From: Alphaproteobacteria bacterium
Lineage (GTDB): Bacteria > Pseudomonadota > Alphaproteobacteria > Bin95
Direction: 5' to 3'
NCBI GenBank assembly: GCA_965205265.1
Contig: CBDBGH010000003.1
Location: forward strand, 768,001 to 832,000
Length of the DNA stretch: 64,000 nucleotides
Under the pieces are notes generated by a model, which saw nothing but the letters and a program-made list of their open reading frames with translations, had not been told where the DNA came from and did not search any database. Shown piece by piece: positions 50,865 through 60,621 of the stretch (the first letter of the stretch is position 1; each line of letters begins with the position of its first letter). The position numbers and the translations under genes were made by a program.

Positions 50865-53800
50865 TTGAGGCCGCTCCGCCGGGCCGTGGCGGCGCCCGCC
50901 TCTCTCGTCTGCCATCGCTCCCCGCGCCGGGGCCGCTGCTCTGAGGTAGCCCTTTCCGGTTCGCGCGGCGGGTCCGCTTCCCGCTTCCTCCTTTCGGTCT
51001 TCGCCGAACTCCGGCCGCGCGCGGCCGCGATACCGCTGCTCGCCGCCGCCATCCTGTTCGCGGCGCCGTTCCTGCCCGGCGCGGGCGGCGCGGCGCAGGC
51101 CCAGCAAACCCAGGTGCTGGTCAGCAACTTTAATCAACCCGGCGGCGTCGGCGCCACTTTGGCCAATTTCGACCATGCCCTGGCGTTCACCACCGGCCGC
51201 CACAGCGGCGGTTACACGCTGACCAGCGTCAAACTCGCATTCGATTTCGGCAATCTGAGCTTCACCGCGAGCATCAACGCCGACAACAACGGGGAGCCGG
51301 GAAGCGCGCTGGGTACGTTGACAAGGAGCGCATCGGAATCCGGCCTGCTCACCCACGCCGGCATCAACCTGGCGGCGAATACCACTTACTTCCTGGTCTT
51401 CGACGTCGCTTCCGGTAACCGTGACGGCGCCACCACCGCCAGCAACGCCCAGACCGGGTTGACCGGCTGGAGCATCGCCGACGGCAACCTGTATCGGAAC
51501 AGGGACGCGACGAGCGGATCGTGGACAACCTGGTCAAACTCCTTCCGGATGCGCATCAGCGGCATCGCGAAAGGGACGGTGCCGACGCCGACCGCGACCA
51601 TCTCGCCGGTGACCTCGCCGGTGACCGAGGGGGCGGCGGCGAGCTTCATGGTGACCCTGTCGAGCGCGGCGCCGTCGGAAGGGGTGACCGTGAACCTTTC
51701 GGTGTCGGAGGCGGCGGGCAGCGACTACGTAACCCCGGGCAACGAGGGATCGAAGAGGGTGACGTTCGCCGAGGGAGAGACGCGCAAGACCTACCGCGTC
51801 GCCACGGTGGACGACGGGAACGACGAGCCGGACGGCTCGGTGACGGCGACGCTCTCCTCGGGCGCGGGTTACAACCTGGGATCGCCGGCGAGCGCCTCTG
51901 TCACGGTGCGGGACAACGATCAGGACACCCAGCCATCGTTCGGCGACAGGAGCATCGCGAACCAGTCGTACACGGAGAACGTCCCGATCCCGGCCCTGAC
52001 GCTGCCGGCCGCCGCGAGCGGCGACGGGACGCTGCGCTACAGCCTGTCGCCGGCGCCGCCGGCAGGCCTCTCCTTCGACGCCGGAACCCGCAGGCTGTCG
52101 GGCGCGCCGAGCGGCACCCAGGCGGCGGCGACCTACACCTACACGGCGACGGACGACGACGGCGATACCGACACGCTCACCTTCACCATCGCGGTCGCGG
52201 CGGCGCCGCCGGGCGCGACGCCGACCTTCGGCGCCCGCAGTATCCCGAACCAGTCCTACACGCAGGGCGTGGGGATCGCGGCGCTGACGCTGCCCCGGGC
52301 CACGGGCGGCAACGGGACGCTGCGCTACAGCCTGTCGCCGGCGCCGCCGGCGGGACTTTCGTTCGACGACGCGCCGCGCCGGCTGACCGGCGTGCCGACC
52401 GCAATCCAGGACGCCGCGGCATACAGCTACACGGTGACGGACGCCGACGGCGACACCGCCACGCTCAGCTTCACCATTGCCATCGAGGACGGGGCGACGG
52501 AAATCGAGGTGCCCGACGACCTGCCGGCGGAGCTCCGGCGCGTGCCGCGCAACGCCGCCCTGTCCGCGGACGGGGTCGTGACCTGGGACCTGGACACCGC
52601 GACCGAGCCCGACCGCTGGACCACCTACTGGGTGCAGTGGGTTTGGGACGAGCAGCCGCCGACGCGCATGGTCCTGGGACGAGCGCATGCCGGCGACGCG
52701 ACGCTGCGGGAGACCCGGTGTTCCGGCGGGAGTTGCGAGGTCCGGATCGAGGAGTTCGATCCCGGGCGGCACTACCTGGTCCACGTGACCACGCTGGAGC
52801 GGGCCTTGCGGCGCCTGCCGGCGGCGACGCTGCGGCATGTGCCGGCGCCGGATGAGGAAGCGCCGAAGGTTTCCGGCCTGCCGGAGGACGTGGCGGTCTC
52901 GGGCACCGGGCTGGTGACCTGGCGGGTGCCGGTCTCGGAGGGCGACTACACGGTCGCCTGGGCGAGCGGCGACCGCCGGCTGGAGACGGTGCCCACGCGG
53001 GGCGGGCAGCGCGGCGGGCTCGATACCGTGCGGGCCCGCGATTGCGAAGACCGGCTCTGCCGGTTGCAGATCCCGCGCTTCGACGCGGCGCGGCACTGGG
53101 TGGTGGAGGTGAACGCGCTCGACCGCAAGTTCCGGGGGCGCGAGCCCGTGCGGGTGCGGCACGTGCCGGAGGCGGCGCCGGGCGAGACCGTCGCCGGGGG
53201 TCCGGCCCGGTTCCGTGTCTATCACGACCCGTCGGACGGGACGGCGGTGGAGCGGTTCGACGAGGCCATGGCGGCGTTCCGCGCGGCGGGGATCGTGCCC
53301 GAGGTGATCGTGGCGGCGCCGCACGGCGAACCGGCGTTCCTCGCGGGCTATCCGTATGTGCGCATGCCGCGTTTCTTCGTGGGCGAGCCGTTGGCGAACG
53401 GCCGGTATCCGGGCGCGTGCAACGGCGGCCTGCGCTGGCTGAAGACTTATCTTGCGAACCTGCCGGGGGTATCGGCGGCCGACGCCCGCGTGCGCGAAGC
53501 GGACGGCGCGACGGTGGACTTCGCGGTAACGCTCGACAAGGCGGCGGCGACAGCGGCGACGGTGGATTTCGCGACCGCCGACGGCACGGCGACGGCGGGC
53601 GAGGACTATACCGCGGCGAGCGGCACGCTCACCTTCGCGGCGGGCGAGACCTCGAAGACGGTCTCGGTGGCGGTGCTGGACGATGCGTATGACGAGGGCG
53701 AGGAGACGTTCACGCTCACCCTCTCGAACGCCGCCGGGCTGCGCATCGCGGACGGCGAGGCGACGGGGACCATCGTGAACACCGACCCGCTGCCGCTGCC

Positions 53801-55850
53801 TGGGGCGGCGCCGCCGACGGGCGGCGGGACGGCGCCCCGGTTCACGATCTACCACGACCGGTCCGATCCGGCGGCGGTGGCCCGGTATGGGCAAGCCGTG
53901 CGGGCGCTCGGCGATGCGGGCGTCAGCCACCAGACGCGCCATGCAACCGGCGCCGAGGCGGGCGCCCTCGCGGGCGTCGGCCACTCGGTCATGCCGCGGT
54001 TCTTCCTTGGCGACCCGGCGGCATCCGGCTGGGGGCCGTCGCAGCCGAAGGTGAACAACGGCGGGCTGCGCTGGCTGCTGGCGTATATCGGGAACCTGCC
54101 CGGGCTGTCGGTGGCCGACGCCCGCGTGACGGAGGCGGAGGGCGCGAGGCTCGACTTCGCGGTGACGCTCGGCAGGGCGGCGACGGCGTCGGTGACGGTG
54201 GCCTGGGCGACCGCCGACGGCACGGCGCGGGCGGGGGCGGACTACACCGCCGCGAGTGGCACGCTCACCTTCGCGCCGGGCGAGACCTCGAAGACGGTCT
54301 CGGTGGCGGTGCTGGACGACGCCCATGACGAGGGCGCGGAGACGCTGACGCTCAGGCTCTCGAACGCGGCCGGCGCGCGCATCGTCGACGGCGAGGCGAC
54401 GGGCACGATCGGCAACGCCGACCCGCTGCAGAAGGACTGGCTTGCGCGGTTCGGGCGCGCGGCGGCATCGGGCGCGATCGCGGCGATAACGACGCGGCTG
54501 GAGATCCCTCTGGACGCGGGCTCGCACCTGACGCTGGGCGGGCAACGCATCGCGCTGGACGGTTCCGGGGGCGCCGGGGCCCAGCCCGGCGAACCGGTTG
54601 GCGCGTCCCGGCCGTCATGGTCTGGGGGCCCGGACCGGGCCGAGTCGCAAACCATGAACTGGCGCGAGCTGCTGATGGGGACCTCGTTCCGCGCGGTCTT
54701 CGGCGGCGGCGCGGGGCCACAGTTCACGAGTTGGGGCCGGGGCGCATCGGTGTCACAGTTCTCCAGCGCCGGTTCGGGTCTGTCGTTGAGCGGCGAGACC
54801 GCGACGGGATCGCTGGGAATGGACTACGAGCGGGGCCGCCTGCTGACCGGGTTCGCGATGACCCACAGCATTGGCGAGGGCACGGCACAGGGCGCGGGCC
54901 GGAGCTACGTCATGGGGAGCACGGTGACGACGATGCTTCCCTATGCGCGGCTGGCGCTCTCGGAGCGGGTGTCGGCCTGGGGTCTGGTGGGGACGGGCAG
55001 CGGGCAGCTCTCGCTCGATCTCGACGGCGGCGCGGCGGAGCGCTACCGCGCGGACCTCACGATGACGCTGACCGCGATGGGTGTGCAGGGCGCGCTGCTG
55101 ACGCCTGCCGAAGCAGGCGGGTTCGCGCTGGCGCTCAAGGCGGACGGGTTCTGGGTGCGCACGGAGTCCGACGGTGTCTCGACGCCGGGCGTAGGGAACC
55201 TGGTGGGGGCACAGGCCGAGGCGAGCCGCCTGCGGGCGGTGCTGGACGGCTCGCGGCGGTTTACGCTCGCGGGTGGCCGGACGCTGACGCCGTCGGCGGC
55301 GCTCGGGCTGCGCCATGACGGTGGCGACGCGGAGACCGGGACGGGCGTGGAGGTCGGCGCCGGCCTCGGCTATGCGGACCCGTCGCGAGGCCTGGACATG
55401 GGGCTCCGCCTGCACGGGCTCGCGGCGCATGCCGAGGAGGGCTACTCCGAATGGAGCGTGTCGGGCTCGCTCAGGCTGGTGCCGGGCGGCCGGGGGCGCG
55501 GCCTGTCGGCGTCGCTCACGCCCTCATACGGGGCGGACCCGGGCGGCGCGGACCGGCTGTGGACGATGCCGGACGCGCACGCGCTGGCGGCGAACGACGA
55601 CACGCCACTGTCGCGCCGGCTCGACGGGGAGCTCGGATACGGCCTTGCGGTGTTCGGCGGCCGGCTCACCGGCACGCCGCATGTCGGGTTCGGCCTGTCG
55701 GACACGGCGCGCGAGCTCCGCCTGGGCTGGCGTCTGACCCCGGCGGGCGGATCGGGCTTCGAGCTCGGTCTCGACGCCGCTCGGCGCGAGGCTGGCGGCG
55801 GCGATATGCCCGAGCACCGCATCGGCGTCGGCTTTACCGCGCGGTGGTGA
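50865..55850 (+). CDS. Large autotransporter-like surface adhesin (3 Calx-beta, 2 putative Ig domains, unassigned repeats, C-terminal beta-barrel-like domain); true start uncertain
   Basis: Signal-like segment ending AQA|QQ at 51102; Calx-beta motifs (ATADGTATAGEDY..SGTLTF..GETSKTVSV.VLDD..DEG.ETFTLTLSN); He_PIG-like PAGLSFD..TR.LSG.P; terminal Trp. Confidence 0.85.
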   Translation: MRPLRRAVAAPASLVCHRSPRRGRCSEVALSGSRGGSASRFLLSVFAELRPRAAAIPLLAAAILFAAPFLPGAGGAAQAQQTQVLVSNFNQPGGVGATLANFDHALAFTTGRHSGGYTLTSVKLAFDFGNLSFTASINADNNGEPGSALGTLTRSASESGLLTHAGINLAANTTYFLVFDVASGNRDGATTASNAQTGLTGWSIADGNLYRNRDATSGSWTTWSNSFRMRISGIAKGTVPTPTATISPVTSPVTEGAAASFMVTLSSAAPSEGVTVNLSVSEAAGSDYVTPGNEGSKRVTFAEGETRKTYRVATVDDGNDEPDGSVTATLSSGAGYNLGSPASASVTVRDNDQDTQPSFGDRSIANQSYTENVPIPALTLPAAASGDGTLRYSLSPAPPAGLSFDAGTRRLSGAPSGTQAAATYTYTATDDDGDTDTLTFTIAVAAAPPGATPTFGARSIPNQSYTQGVGIAALTLPRATGGNGTLRYSLSPAPPAGLSFDDAPRRLTGVPTAIQDAAAYSYTVTDADGDTATLSFTIAIEDGATEIEVPDDLPAELRRVPRNAALSADGVVTWDLDTATEPDRWTTYWVQWVWDEQPPTRMVLGRAHAGDATLRETRCSGGSCEVRIEEFDPGRHYLVHVTTLERALRRLPAATLRHVPAPDEEAPKVSGLPEDVAVSGTGLVTWRVPVSEGDYTVAWASGDRRLETVPTRGGQRGGLDTVRARDCEDRLCRLQIPRFDAARHWVVEVNALDRKFRGREPVRVRHVPEAAPGETVAGGPARFRVYHDPSDGTAVERFDEAMAAFRAAGIVPEVIVAAPHGEPAFLAGYPYVRMPRFFVGEPLANGRYPGACNGGLRWLKTYLANLPGVSAADARVREADGATVDFAVTLDKAAATAATVDFATADGTATAGEDYTAASGTLTFAAGETSKTVSVAVLDDAYDEGEETFTLTLSNAAGLRIADGEATGTIVNTDPLPLPGAAPPTGGGTAPRFTIYHDRSDPAAVARYGQAVRALGDAGVSHQTRHATGAEAGALAGVGHSVMPRFFLGDPAASGWGPSQPKVNNGGLRWLLAYIGNLPGLSVADARVTEAEGARLDFAVTLGRAATASVTVAWATADGTARAGADYTAASGTLTFAPGETSKTVSVAVLDDAHDEGAETLTLRLSNAAGARIVDGEATGTIGNADPLQKDWLARFGRAAASGAIAAITTRLEIPLDAGSHLTLGGQRIALDGSGGAGAQPGEPVGASRPSWSGGPDRAESQTMNWRELLMGTSFRAVFGGGAGPQFTSWGRGASVSQFSSAGSGLSLSGETATGSLGMDYERGRLLTGFAMTHSIGEGTAQGAGRSYVMGSTVTTMLPYARLALSERVSAWGLVGTGSGQLSLDLDGGAAERYRADLTMTLTAMGVQGALLTPAEAGGFALALKADGFWVRTESDGVSTPGVGNLVGAQAEASRLRAVLDGSRRFTLAGGRTLTPSAALGLRHDGGDAETGTGVEVGAGLGYADPSRGLDMGLRLHGLAAHAEEGYSEWSVSGSLRLVPGGRGRGLSASLTPSYGADPGGADRLWTMPDAHALAANDDTPLSRRLDGELGYGLAVFGGRLTGTPHVGFGLSDTARELRLGWRLTPAGGSGFELGLDAARREAGGGDMPEHRIGVGFTARW

Positions 55851-55867
55851 GCGCGGCGCGGCGGCTT

Positions 55868-55930
55868 CCTCATGCCCGAAGCAGCGGTGGGATATGCGCC
55901 ATGCGCATACAAAACATGACATCGCATGAC
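55868..55930 (+). repeat. 63-bp imperfect direct repeat downstream of the adhesin gene
   Basis: Matches 50495-50557; begins 17 nt after the adhesin stop codon. Confidence 0.8.
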
Positions 55931-55995
55931 GCTGCCGGCAGGCGTTCCGCGCGGCCCCGCCGGAGCCCGGTCATCGGCCCGTCCGTTCCGGGCCG

Positions 55996-58248
55996 CTATC
56001 CCGCGTCCTGCGTCCGGTCCCTGAGGGCGCGCCAGACCCGTTCCGGCGTGGCGGGCATCTGGACGCAGGCGGCCCCGGCCGAGGCGAGCGCATCCGCCAC
56101 CGCGTTCATCGCCGCCGGCAGGGCGGCCGTGGTGCCGCTTTCGCCGACGCCCTTCACGCCGAGCGGGTTGGTCAGGCAGGGGGTCCGGCTCCGCTCCAGC
56201 GCAAAGGAGGGAATGTCGGCTGCGCGCGGCATGGCGTAGTCCATGAAGGAGCCGGAGAGGAGCTGGCCCGTCTCCGGCTCGTAAACCATGTGCTCCATGA
56301 GCGCCTGGCCGACGCCTTGCGCGATGCCGCCATGCAACTGGCCTTCCAGCAGCATCGGGTTCACGACGACGCCCGCATCGTTGACCAGGCTGTAGCGCTC
56401 CAGCGAGACCCGCCCGGTCTCGGGGTCGATCTCGACCTCGGCGACATGGGTCCCGTTCGGGAAGCTGTAGGTGCGCGCAATGAAATGTCCGGCGGCGTCG
56501 AGCCCCATATCCATATCCTCGCCGAGGAACGCCGGGTTGAAGCTGGCCCCCGCCACCTCGCGCAAGCCGACCCGCCTGTCCGTGCCGACAACCTCGAAGG
56601 CGCCCTGCCCGAAGGCGATATCGTCCTCGCTCGCTTCCATCATGGCCGCCGCGATGCGCCGGCCCTTCTCGACGATGCGCTCGCTGGCCCGCACCACCGC
56701 CGCGCCCGCCACCGTGGTGACGCGCGATCCGCCCGCCCCGCTGCCGCGGCCGACAATGTCGCTGTCGCCGGTCAGCACCCGTATGGCCTCGACCGGCAGG
56801 CCCAGTTGCGCCGCCGCGATCTGGGAGAAGGTGGTCGCGAAGCCCTGGCCGTTGCTGGAAGCGGTGAGCGTAACGGTGAGCAGGCCCTCCTCGTCGAAGC
56901 GCATCGTCACGCGCCCGTCCTTGTAGCCGTCGGGCTCGGTATAGGAGGCGAAGCCGAAACCGCGCAGCTTCCCGGCGGCCTCGCTGGCGCGCCGCCTCTC
57001 CGGGAAGCCCGCGCGGTCCGCCAGTTCCAGCGCGGCGTCGAGATTGGCGGCGAAGTCGCCGCTGTCATAGACGAGGCCCGTCGGCGTGCGCCAGGGCATC
57101 TCCTCGGGGCGGATCATGTTGCGCCGGCGGAGCGCCGCCGGGTCGATGGCCAGCCGGCGCGCCGCCTCGTCCACAAGGCGCTCGACGATATAGCCGTATT
57201 CCGGCTTGCCGGCGCCGCGATAGGCGGTGATCGGGGTGGTGTGGCTCAGGCGGCAGACCGTCTCGGCATGGACGGCCGGGATGCGGTACACATTGGCGAG
57301 CATCCGCGAGCCGCCGTCCGTCGGGATGACGGGTCCGGCGCCCGTGGCATAGGCGCCGAGGTCGGAGCGCGTCGAGGTGCGGATGGCAAGGAAAATCCCG
57401 TCGGCGTCCAGCGCAAGCTCGGCCACCGTGTCGTGGTCGCGGGCGTGGTAGTCCGAGAGGAAGGCCTCGGCGCGCTCGTCGATCCATTTCAGCGGCCGCC
57501 CGAGCAACCGGGCCGCGTGGGCGAGCAGGACCTGTTCGGCGAAGATGCCGTTCTTCATGCCGAAGCCGCCGCCGACATCGGGCGTGATGACGCGGACATC
57601 GGCCCGCGCCGCGCCGAGCGCCTTCGCCAGCGCCTCCTGCACCTGGCCCGGGCCCTGGGTCGGCGCAAACAGCGTATAGCGCCCGTCGCGCGCGTCCCAT
57701 TCCGCCAGCGCGCCCCGCGTTTCCAGCGGCGCGGCCGAGATGCGGTTGTTCGCAAGCGGAATCCGGATGCGATGGGCCGCGCGCGCGAACCGCGCCTCGA
57801 CCTCTGCGGCGTCGCCGGTCGCCCATTCGAACAGTTCTTCGGTTTCGGCCGGGTCGAGCGGGCGGTAGTCCACGGCGACGGCTTCGGCCATGTCGCGCGC
57901 CGCCGCCGCCGTCTCGGCCACCGCCATGGCGACGATCTCGCCGGCATAGCGCACCCGTTCGCGCGCATAGGCGGGGAAGGGCGGCGGCGCCAGCGGCGTG
58001 CCGTCGCGGCGGCGCACCGGCGAGCGATTGTCGAGCGGCCCGGCGTCGAGGCCGTCGCGCAGCAGCGCGACCGCGCCCGGCACGGCCAGCGCCTCGCGGT
58101 CGTCCACGCCGAGTATGTCGGCATGGGCATAAGGCGAGCGCAGGAAACGCACCCATGCCTGGCCGGCGAGGTCTATGTCGTCGATGAAGCGGCCCCGGCC
58201 GGTCAGCAGCGCCGCATCCTCGAGGCGCGGAAGGCTTTCCCCGATCAC
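55996..58248 (-). CDS. Xanthine dehydrogenase family molybdopterin-binding large subunit (CoxL-like)
   Basis: [45 protein letters not shown]. Confidence 0.92.
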   Translation of the reverse strand: MIGESLPRLEDAALLTGRGRFIDDIDLAGQAWVRFLRSPYAHADILGVDDREALAVPGAVALLRDGLDAGPLDNRSPVRRRDGTPLAPPPFPAYARERVRYAGEIVAMAVAETAAAARDMAEAVAVDYRPLDPAETEELFEWATGDAAEVEARFARAAHRIRIPLANNRISAAPLETRGALAEWDARDGRYTLFAPTQGPGQVQEALAKALGAARADVRVITPDVGGGFGMKNGIFAEQVLLAHAARLLGRPLKWIDERAEAFLSDYHARDHDTVAELALDADGIFLAIRTSTRSDLGAYATGAGPVIPTDGGSRMLANVYRIPAVHAETVCRLSHTTPITAYRGAGKPEYGYIVERLVDEAARRLAIDPAALRRRNMIRPEEMPWRTPTGLVYDSGDFAANLDAALELADRAGFPERRRASEAAGKLRGFGFASYTEPDGYKDGRVTMRFDEEGLLTVTLTASSNGQGFATTFSQIAAAQLGLPVEAIRVLTGDSDIVGRGSGAGGSRVTTVAGAAVVRASERIVEKGRRIAAAMMEASEDDIAFGQGAFEVVGTDRRVGLREVAGASFNPAFLGEDMDMGLDAAGHFIARTYSFPNGTHVAEVEIDPETGRVSLERYSLVNDAGVVVNPMLLEGQLHGGIAQGVGQALMEHMVYEPETGQLLSGSFMDYAMPRAADIPSFALERSRTPCLTNPLGVKGVGESGTTAALPAAMNAVADALASAGAACVQMPATPERVWRALRDRTQDAG

Positions 58249-59135
58249 CGCATGCGCCCGCGCAGGAAGGCCCCGGCGCGGGCGATCGCCTCGCCCGCCT
58301 CGTCCAGCACCGGCTCGAACAGGTGCCAGACATGCATCATGTCATGAGCGACATCGAGGCTGACATCGACGCCTGCTTCGCGAGCGCGCTCGGCGAGCCG
58401 GAGCGAGTCGTCGAGCAGCACTTCGGCGGTCCCGACCTGGACCAGCAGCGGCGGCAGGCCCGCAAGGTCGGCGTAGATCGGCGCGGCGAGCGGCGCGCGC
58501 GAATCGACGCCCGCAAGATAGCGCTCGGAGAACCAGAGCAGCGCCTCGTGGTTCAACATCGGGTCCTCGTCTTCCTTGGCCGTCATCGAGGCGCCGACGC
58601 CCTCCATATCGACCCAGGGCGACAGGCAGAGCCCCGCCGCCGGCATCGGCTGGCCGCGATAGCGCAGCGCGACGAGCGCGGCGACGGTGAGCCCGCCGCC
58701 CGCCGAATCGCCCGCTATCGAAAGCCGGCCCGGCGCATAGCCCTCGTCGAGCAGCCAGCAATAGGCGGCGACCGCGTCGTCCACCGCGGCGGGGAAAGGC
58801 GATTCCGGCGCGAGCCGGTAGTCGAGAAGCAGGACTTTCGCCTTCGACGCCGCAGCGATGTTCCAGGCGAGGTTGCGGTGCGAATCGCAGGAGCCGATGA
58901 CATAGCCGCCGCCATGCAGATAGAGCACGGCGCGGTCCGCCAGGCCGCCGGGCGCGGCGACCCACTCCGCATAGCGCCCGGCGACGGTCACGGGCGTAAC
59001 TTCCGCTTCCGCCGGCGCGGGGAACCGCTCGCCTACTTCCGCGATCCGCGCGCGCATTTCGGGCACGGTCGGGTTCTCGGGCTTGCCGCGTTCCCGAAGC
59101 AGGGTCTTCAGGGCCGCCAATTGCTCCGAACTCAT
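58245..59135 (-). CDS. HSL-family esterase (alpha/beta hydrolase)
   Basis: HGGGY, DYRLAPE, GDSAGG, HVW. Confidence 0.92.
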   Translation of the reverse strand: MSSEQLAALKTLLRERGKPENPTVPEMRARIAEVGERFPAPAEAEVTPVTVAGRYAEWVAAPGGLADRAVLYLHGGGYVIGSCDSHRNLAWNIAAASKAKVLLLDYRLAPESPFPAAVDDAVAAYCWLLDEGYAPGRLSIAGDSAGGGLTVAALVALRYRGQPMPAAGLCLSPWVDMEGVGASMTAKEDEDPMLNHEALLWFSERYLAGVDSRAPLAAPIYADLAGLPPLLVQVGTAEVLLDDSLRLAERAREAGVDVSLDVAHDMMHVWHLFEPVLDEAGEAIARAGAFLRGRMR

Positions 59136-59246
59136 CTGGGCGCTGCCTCCTTGCATGCCGTGCAGGCCCCTAGCCTAGACCGTTTCCGTGCGGCGCAGAA
59201 AGGCTCTAGAGTGCCTCGCTCGAAGACGGGAGAGGGAGGGAAATCC

Positions 59247-59984
59247 ATGCCGGTCGCCATCGTTACCGGCGCCGGGTCGGGCGTCGGCCAGGCCGCTGCG
59301 GAAGCACTCTTGGGCGCAGGCTACCAGGTGGCGCTCGCCGGGCGGCGCACGGAGCCGCTGGAGGAGATCGCCCGGCGCTGGCCGGAGAGCACGCTGGCGC
59401 AATCGACCGATGTCGGCGACGAGGCGCAGGTCAAGGCGCTGTTCGAGGCGGTGGTCGCACGCTTCGGGCGGCTGGACCTGCTGTTCAACAATGCCGGGTT
59501 CGGCGCGCCGCCCGTGCCGCTGGAGGAGCTCTCGCTCGCCCAGTGGCAGGCGGTGGTGGACGCCAATCTCACCGGCAGCTTCCTCTGCACGCGGGAAGCC
59601 TTCCGAGTGATGAAGTCGCAGGACCCGTCCGGCGGGCGGATCATCAATAACGGGTCGATCTCGGCCCATGTGCCGCGCCCCAACTCGGCGCCCTACACCG
59701 CGACCAAGCATGGCGTGACGGGGCTTACCCGCTCGACGATCCTGGACGGGCGCGCCTTCGGCATTACCTGTGGCCAGATCGACATCGGCAATGCCGAGAC
59801 GCCGATGACGCAGCGTATGCACAAGGGCGTGCTGCAGCCGGACGGCTCGACGAAGGTGGAGCCGACTATGGATGTGCGCCATGTCGCCGACGCCGTGCTC
59901 TACATGGCCGGCCTTTCGCCGGACGCCAATGTGCCGTTCCTGACGGTGATGGCGAACGGCATGCCCTTCATCGGTCGCGGCTAG
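59247..59984 (+). CDS. Short-chain dehydrogenase/reductase
   Basis: [19 protein letters not shown]. Confidence 0.92.
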   Translation: MPVAIVTGAGSGVGQAAAEALLGAGYQVALAGRRTEPLEEIARRWPESTLAQSTDVGDEAQVKALFEAVVARFGRLDLLFNNAGFGAPPVPLEELSLAQWQAVVDANLTGSFLCTREAFRVMKSQDPSGGRIINNGSISAHVPRPNSAPYTATKHGVTGLTRSTILDGRAFGITCGQIDIGNAETPMTQRMHKGVLQPDGSTKVEPTMDVRHVADAVLYMAGLSPDANVPFLTVMANGMPFIGRG

Positions 59985-60023
59985 GGCGGCCCGAACCGGG
60001 ATGGGTGCAAACCGCCGCAGCGG

Positions 60024-60566
60024 GTGGAGACGGCCATGATACGGCGCTGCACGGCGGACGACTTCGACCGCATCCTGGCGATCGTCAACGATGCCGCCCG
60101 GGCCTATCGCGGCGTCATACCGGACGACCGGTGGAAGGACCCCTACATGCCCGCCGGGGAGCTGGCCGAAGAGATTGCAGCCGGCATCGACTTCGACGGA
60201 TACGAGATCGAAGGGGCGGGACTGGTCGGGGTGATGGGTATCCAGCCGGTCGAGGATGTGACGCTGATCCGTCATGCCTATGTGGCGACCGCCTATCGGC
60301 GGTCCGGAATCGGCTCGGCGCTGCTGGAAGGATTGCTCGCGCGCCAGGACCGCCCGGTCCTTATCGGCACCTGGGCCGCCGTCGGCTGGGCGATTGCGTT
60401 CTATCGTCGGTATGGGTTCGAGACGGTTCCGGAGCCGGAGAAGACGAGGCTGTTGCAGCGCTACTGGACCGTTCCCGAGCGCCAGATCGAGACCTCCGTG
60501 GTCCTCGCCGATTCTCGTTGGCGCAGCAGGGCGCATGGAGCTGGCGAAACGGGGGCGGGGGATTGA
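60024..60566 (+). CDS. GNAT family N-acetyltransferase
   Basis: LVGVMG...IRHAYV...RRSGIGSALL; AIAFYRRYGF; start may instead be ATG 60036. Confidence 0.88.
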   Translation: METAMIRRCTADDFDRILAIVNDAARAYRGVIPDDRWKDPYMPAGELAEEIAAGIDFDGYEIEGAGLVGVMGIQPVEDVTLIRHAYVATAYRRSGIGSALLEGLLARQDRPVLIGTWAAVGWAIAFYRRYGFETVPEPEKTRLLQRYWTVPERQIETSVVLADSRWRSRAHGAGETGAGD

Positions 60567-60621
60567 AAAGCGGGCGGGCGCGCCGTAAGTCTCGCCGGCC
60601 ATTCGCGAAGGACACGAGCTC

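Noticed and set aside
53466-54425. Nucleotide-level repeats within the adhesin considered as DGR template/variable repeats
   Set aside because: They are in-frame duplicated Calx-beta domains, the differences are not adenine-specific, and no reverse transcriptase is present in the window.
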